In this document: positions 61,278-64,000 of the stretch, in pieces | Position numbering within the stretch: the stretch's first letter is position 1 | Layout: every line of letters begins with the position of its first letter | DNA from: Macrostomum lignano | Lineage: Eukaryota | Direction of reading: 5' to 3' | Assembly: GCA_002269645.1 (NCBI GenBank) | Contig: NIVC01002532.1 | Span: 1-64,000 of the forward strand | DNA: 64,000 nt | Position numbers and translations under genes: made by a program | Notes under the pieces: model-generated | What the model saw: the letters and a program-made list of their open reading frames with translations, nothing else | Database searches by the model: none | Told to the model about the DNA's origin: nothing

Positions 61278-62662
61278 TCAGGCCACCCTGGAGCAGATGG
61301 TGTCGGTGAACTGGGAGCAGGTGGCGCCGCCGCCCAGATCCTTGGTGCGGGCGCGCCCGTCACCAATGCTGTCCAGACAGGCCTTCTCGATGCGGTCGGC
61401 GAACTCGCCCAGCTGCATGTGGCGGAGCATCATGACGCCTGACAGCAGCAGGGCAGTGGGGTTGGCCAGGTCCTTGCCCGCGATGTCAGGCGCAGTGCCG
61501 TGGACAGACTCGAAGATGGCGCCGCTTTCCCCGATGTTGCCGCTGGGGGTGACGCCGAGGCCGCCCACCAGGCCGGCGCACAGGTCGCTGAGGATGTCGC
61601 CGTACAGATTGGGCATCACCAGAACGTCGAACTGGGTCGGGTCCTGCGGGGTTCCGGTTCAATGTTGAAGGCATTGGGTTCACTAGCAGCAGCAGAACCA
61701 GGTGTAGGACCCTCGGCATACTCGTGCATAAGCAATAAAACCCATACCTATTAAGCAACAGCAGGAATACCCATGAAGAAAACCCATGACCTCACCTGCA
61801 CCATGTTGAGGCAGACGGTGTCCAGGTAGGCCTCGGCAAACTCAACCCCGGGATGCTTGTGCGCCTCCTCGCGGCAGCACTTCAAAAACAGGCCGTCGCT
61901 GAGCCGCATGATGTTGGCCTTGTGCACCGCCGTCACCTTGCGGCGGCCTTCGCGGAGCGCGAACTCAAAGGCGAACTTGGCCACGCGGCGCGAGGCCGTC
62001 TCCGTTATGAGCTTGATGCTCTGCACCACGCCGTCAACGATGATGTGCTCGATGCCGGAGTACTCGCCCTCGGTGTTCTCCCTGATGGTCACCAGGTCGA
62101 CGTTCTTGTAGGGGGTGGGGTAGCCCTCCAGCGAGCGGCAGGGCCGCACGTTGGCGTACAGGTTGAACTCCTTGCGCAGCGCCAGGTTGAGGGAGCGGTG
62201 GCCCTTGCCCACAGGCGTGGCCAGGGGACCCTTCAGCCCGATGCCGTGCTTGTTCACCGAGTCGATGGCCTTCTGCGGGATCCGGAACTGCCCGTCCGGG
62301 CCCTTCACCGGCGTTACATCGACCTCGTCCCAGGCGATTGGCACCTGCGGGGAGGAGGGCGGCATCTCCGATTCGTGTGCTCCAACGATGCGAATTAAAG
62401 ATAACTTCAGGCAAACACAGGCACAGGGTGCACAAGAAAAACGACAAAGAAAATATTTCTATTGCCTTCTCTATCTGCTTCTCACCTTGGCGGCAGCGAA
62501 AATCTTCTTAACAGAGTTGGAGATCTCGGGCCCGATTCCGTCACCTGGAATCAGCGTGACGGTGCGGGTGCCACCAGCAGCGGCAGCTGACAGACCCCGA
62601 CTGGCCTGCAGCAGCTGGCTGGGCCGCTTCATCAACTGGAGTAACAGCTGGTGGCTGGGCAT
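61278..62662 (-). CDS. IDH3A: Isocitrate dehydrogenase [NAD] subunit alpha, mitochondrial, ~363 aa, 3 exons
   Basis: Exons 62662-62486, 62344-61796, 61643-61278. Motifs [89 protein letters not shown]. Confidence 0.93.
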
Positions 62663-62789
62663 TTTGTAGCTGGGCTGGCAGAGCAGCAATAGATGCGGGT
62701 GAGACAAAGCAGTTGGCCCTATAATGCACAAAATTCCCGCTGGCCACTTTATGGAGCCAGTCGCCACGGAGAGCCCACCACACTTCAGG

Positions 62790-63243
62790 GAACCCGCCTC
62801 CTTAAGAGATCCTACCTTTACAGAGAGCTTGTCTCCTCACAGAGCCCGCCTCCTTCAGAGCCCGCCTCCTTCAGAGCCCGCCTCCTTCACAGAGCCCGCC
62901 TTCTTCAGAACCCGCCTCCTTCAGAGAACCCGCCTCCTTCAGAGAGCCCGCCTCCTTCAGAGAGCCCGCCTCCTTCAGAGAGCCCGCCTCCTTCAGAGAG
63001 TCCAACTTCTTCACAGAGCCCGCCTCCTTCACAGAGCCCACCTTCTTCAGAGAGCCCGCCTTCTTCAGAACCCGCCTCCTTCACAGAGCCCACCTTCTTC
63101 AGAGAGCCCGCCTTCTTCAGAACCCGCCTCCTTCACAGAGCCCACCTTCTTCAGAGAGCCCGCCTTCTTCAGAACCCGCCTCCTTCACAGAGCCCACCTT
63201 CTTCAGAGAGCCCGCCTCCTTCAGAGAGCCCGCCTCCTTCGCT
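62790..63243. repeat. 18-bp minisatellite (~25 units) upstream of IDH3A
   Basis: Unit AGAGCCCGCCTCCTTCAG with variants. Confidence 0.9.
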
Positions 63244-63864
63244 TCCATCCGAGAAACCTTGCTTCTCTTTATAGATACCATTTCCCTCCACAAACGGCCC
63301 GCTTCCCACTACATTGCTCACTAACCTTATAGCAATGCATTCTTAGCCTAGCCCAAAGAATGAAAACGTCATCAAAAAACAAAAAGATGCAGGAAATATT
63401 GCAATTAGCTAAAAACTGCTCATTAATTATTACACCCTTGCTCTGATAAGGCGAAGCAACTTGGTTGCATAAAAAACTCACCCATAAAAATCGGAAACAA
63501 TTTCAATAATAAGGCAGCAAGTTTATACAGTTAAAAAGGCCTCTCTGTACAATAAATTAGAAAACAGAAATGATAAAACGAACGCAATAATTACACGTAT
63601 CATTAATATTACTAAACTATAAGGCTGGGAATGAGCTAGGCCAGCTTCCAGAACGGAAGAGTCAGCAAGAGGAATGCAAAATTCAATTCAAGGCTTCGCA
63701 AATCACAAACTAAGACTTGCGAACTGACAAAATTGTGCGACAAAAAAGGAATATAAAGTAAAGCCAAAAATCAATCGCGCGATCATCAGAATATAAAACT
63801 GGATGGACGGATTCGGTGCATTAATCTATAACTGCAGACTGCACAGCTGGATAATTGACAGGCC

Positions 63865-63944
63865 TCAGTGCCTCTGCGACTGTTTCAGCAGGTTCTGCCT
63901 GGCCCGCATGAAGGCCATGATTTCCGCGTCCGTCTCCTTGTCGC
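63865..63944 (-). CDS. Terminal coding exon of an unidentified gene extending beyond the window (xDKETDAEIMAFMRARQNLLKQSQRH*)
   Basis: Acceptor aatttcag| at 63945, GC3-rich codons like the other genes, TGA at 63865-63867. Confidence 0.5.
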
Positions 63945-64000
63945 CTGAAATTGGCGGGTGAGGCACTGTTAAGCAGACTTGGCCGCGGTTAGTACGAGGC

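Noticed and set aside
29260-63332. Many array units are multiples of three, giving long repetitive ORFs ([39 protein letters not shown])
   Set aside because: About half the arrays have non-triplet units, the ORFs lack gene-like starts or splice links, and the excess over chance is too small to claim.

Overview
Eukaryotic (invertebrate animal) genomic DNA. GC3-rich exons are separated by introns that mostly carry their own private minisatellite. This style resembles the flatworm Macrostomum, which is an inference and was not verified. Spliced gene models were reconstructed by hand from GT..AG sites and phase compatibility. In order: (1) a ~1665-aa secreted repeat glycoprotein with an F5/8 type C domain and Asp-box motifs (+, 3137-8240, with a 1-nt frameshift); (2,3) a head-to-head pair of membrane-anchored FkbM-family methyltransferases sharing a 561-bp near-identical core, the left copy split in frame by a 1.2-kb insertion with a 10-bp direct repeat; (4) glycogen debranching enzyme (-, 11 coding exons); (5) TIM50 (-); (6) an AGO-clade Argonaute with an intact DEDH tetrad (+, 7 exons), with a CpG-eroded full-length mariner in its probable first intron and a 26-bp tandem duplication of its stop region; (7) an arrestin (-); (8) a quiver/sleepless-like three-finger GPI protein (+); (9) a DM9-repeat protein (-); (10) IDH3 alpha (-); (11) the last exon of an unidentified gene at the right edge. 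Also present: two copies of a tRNA-derived SINE, a MITE cluster, and about 20 unrelated tandem arrays covering roughly 12 kb. Most long repetitive ORFs in the supplied track are artefacts of these arrays. No CRISPR array, rRNA or intact tRNA was seen.
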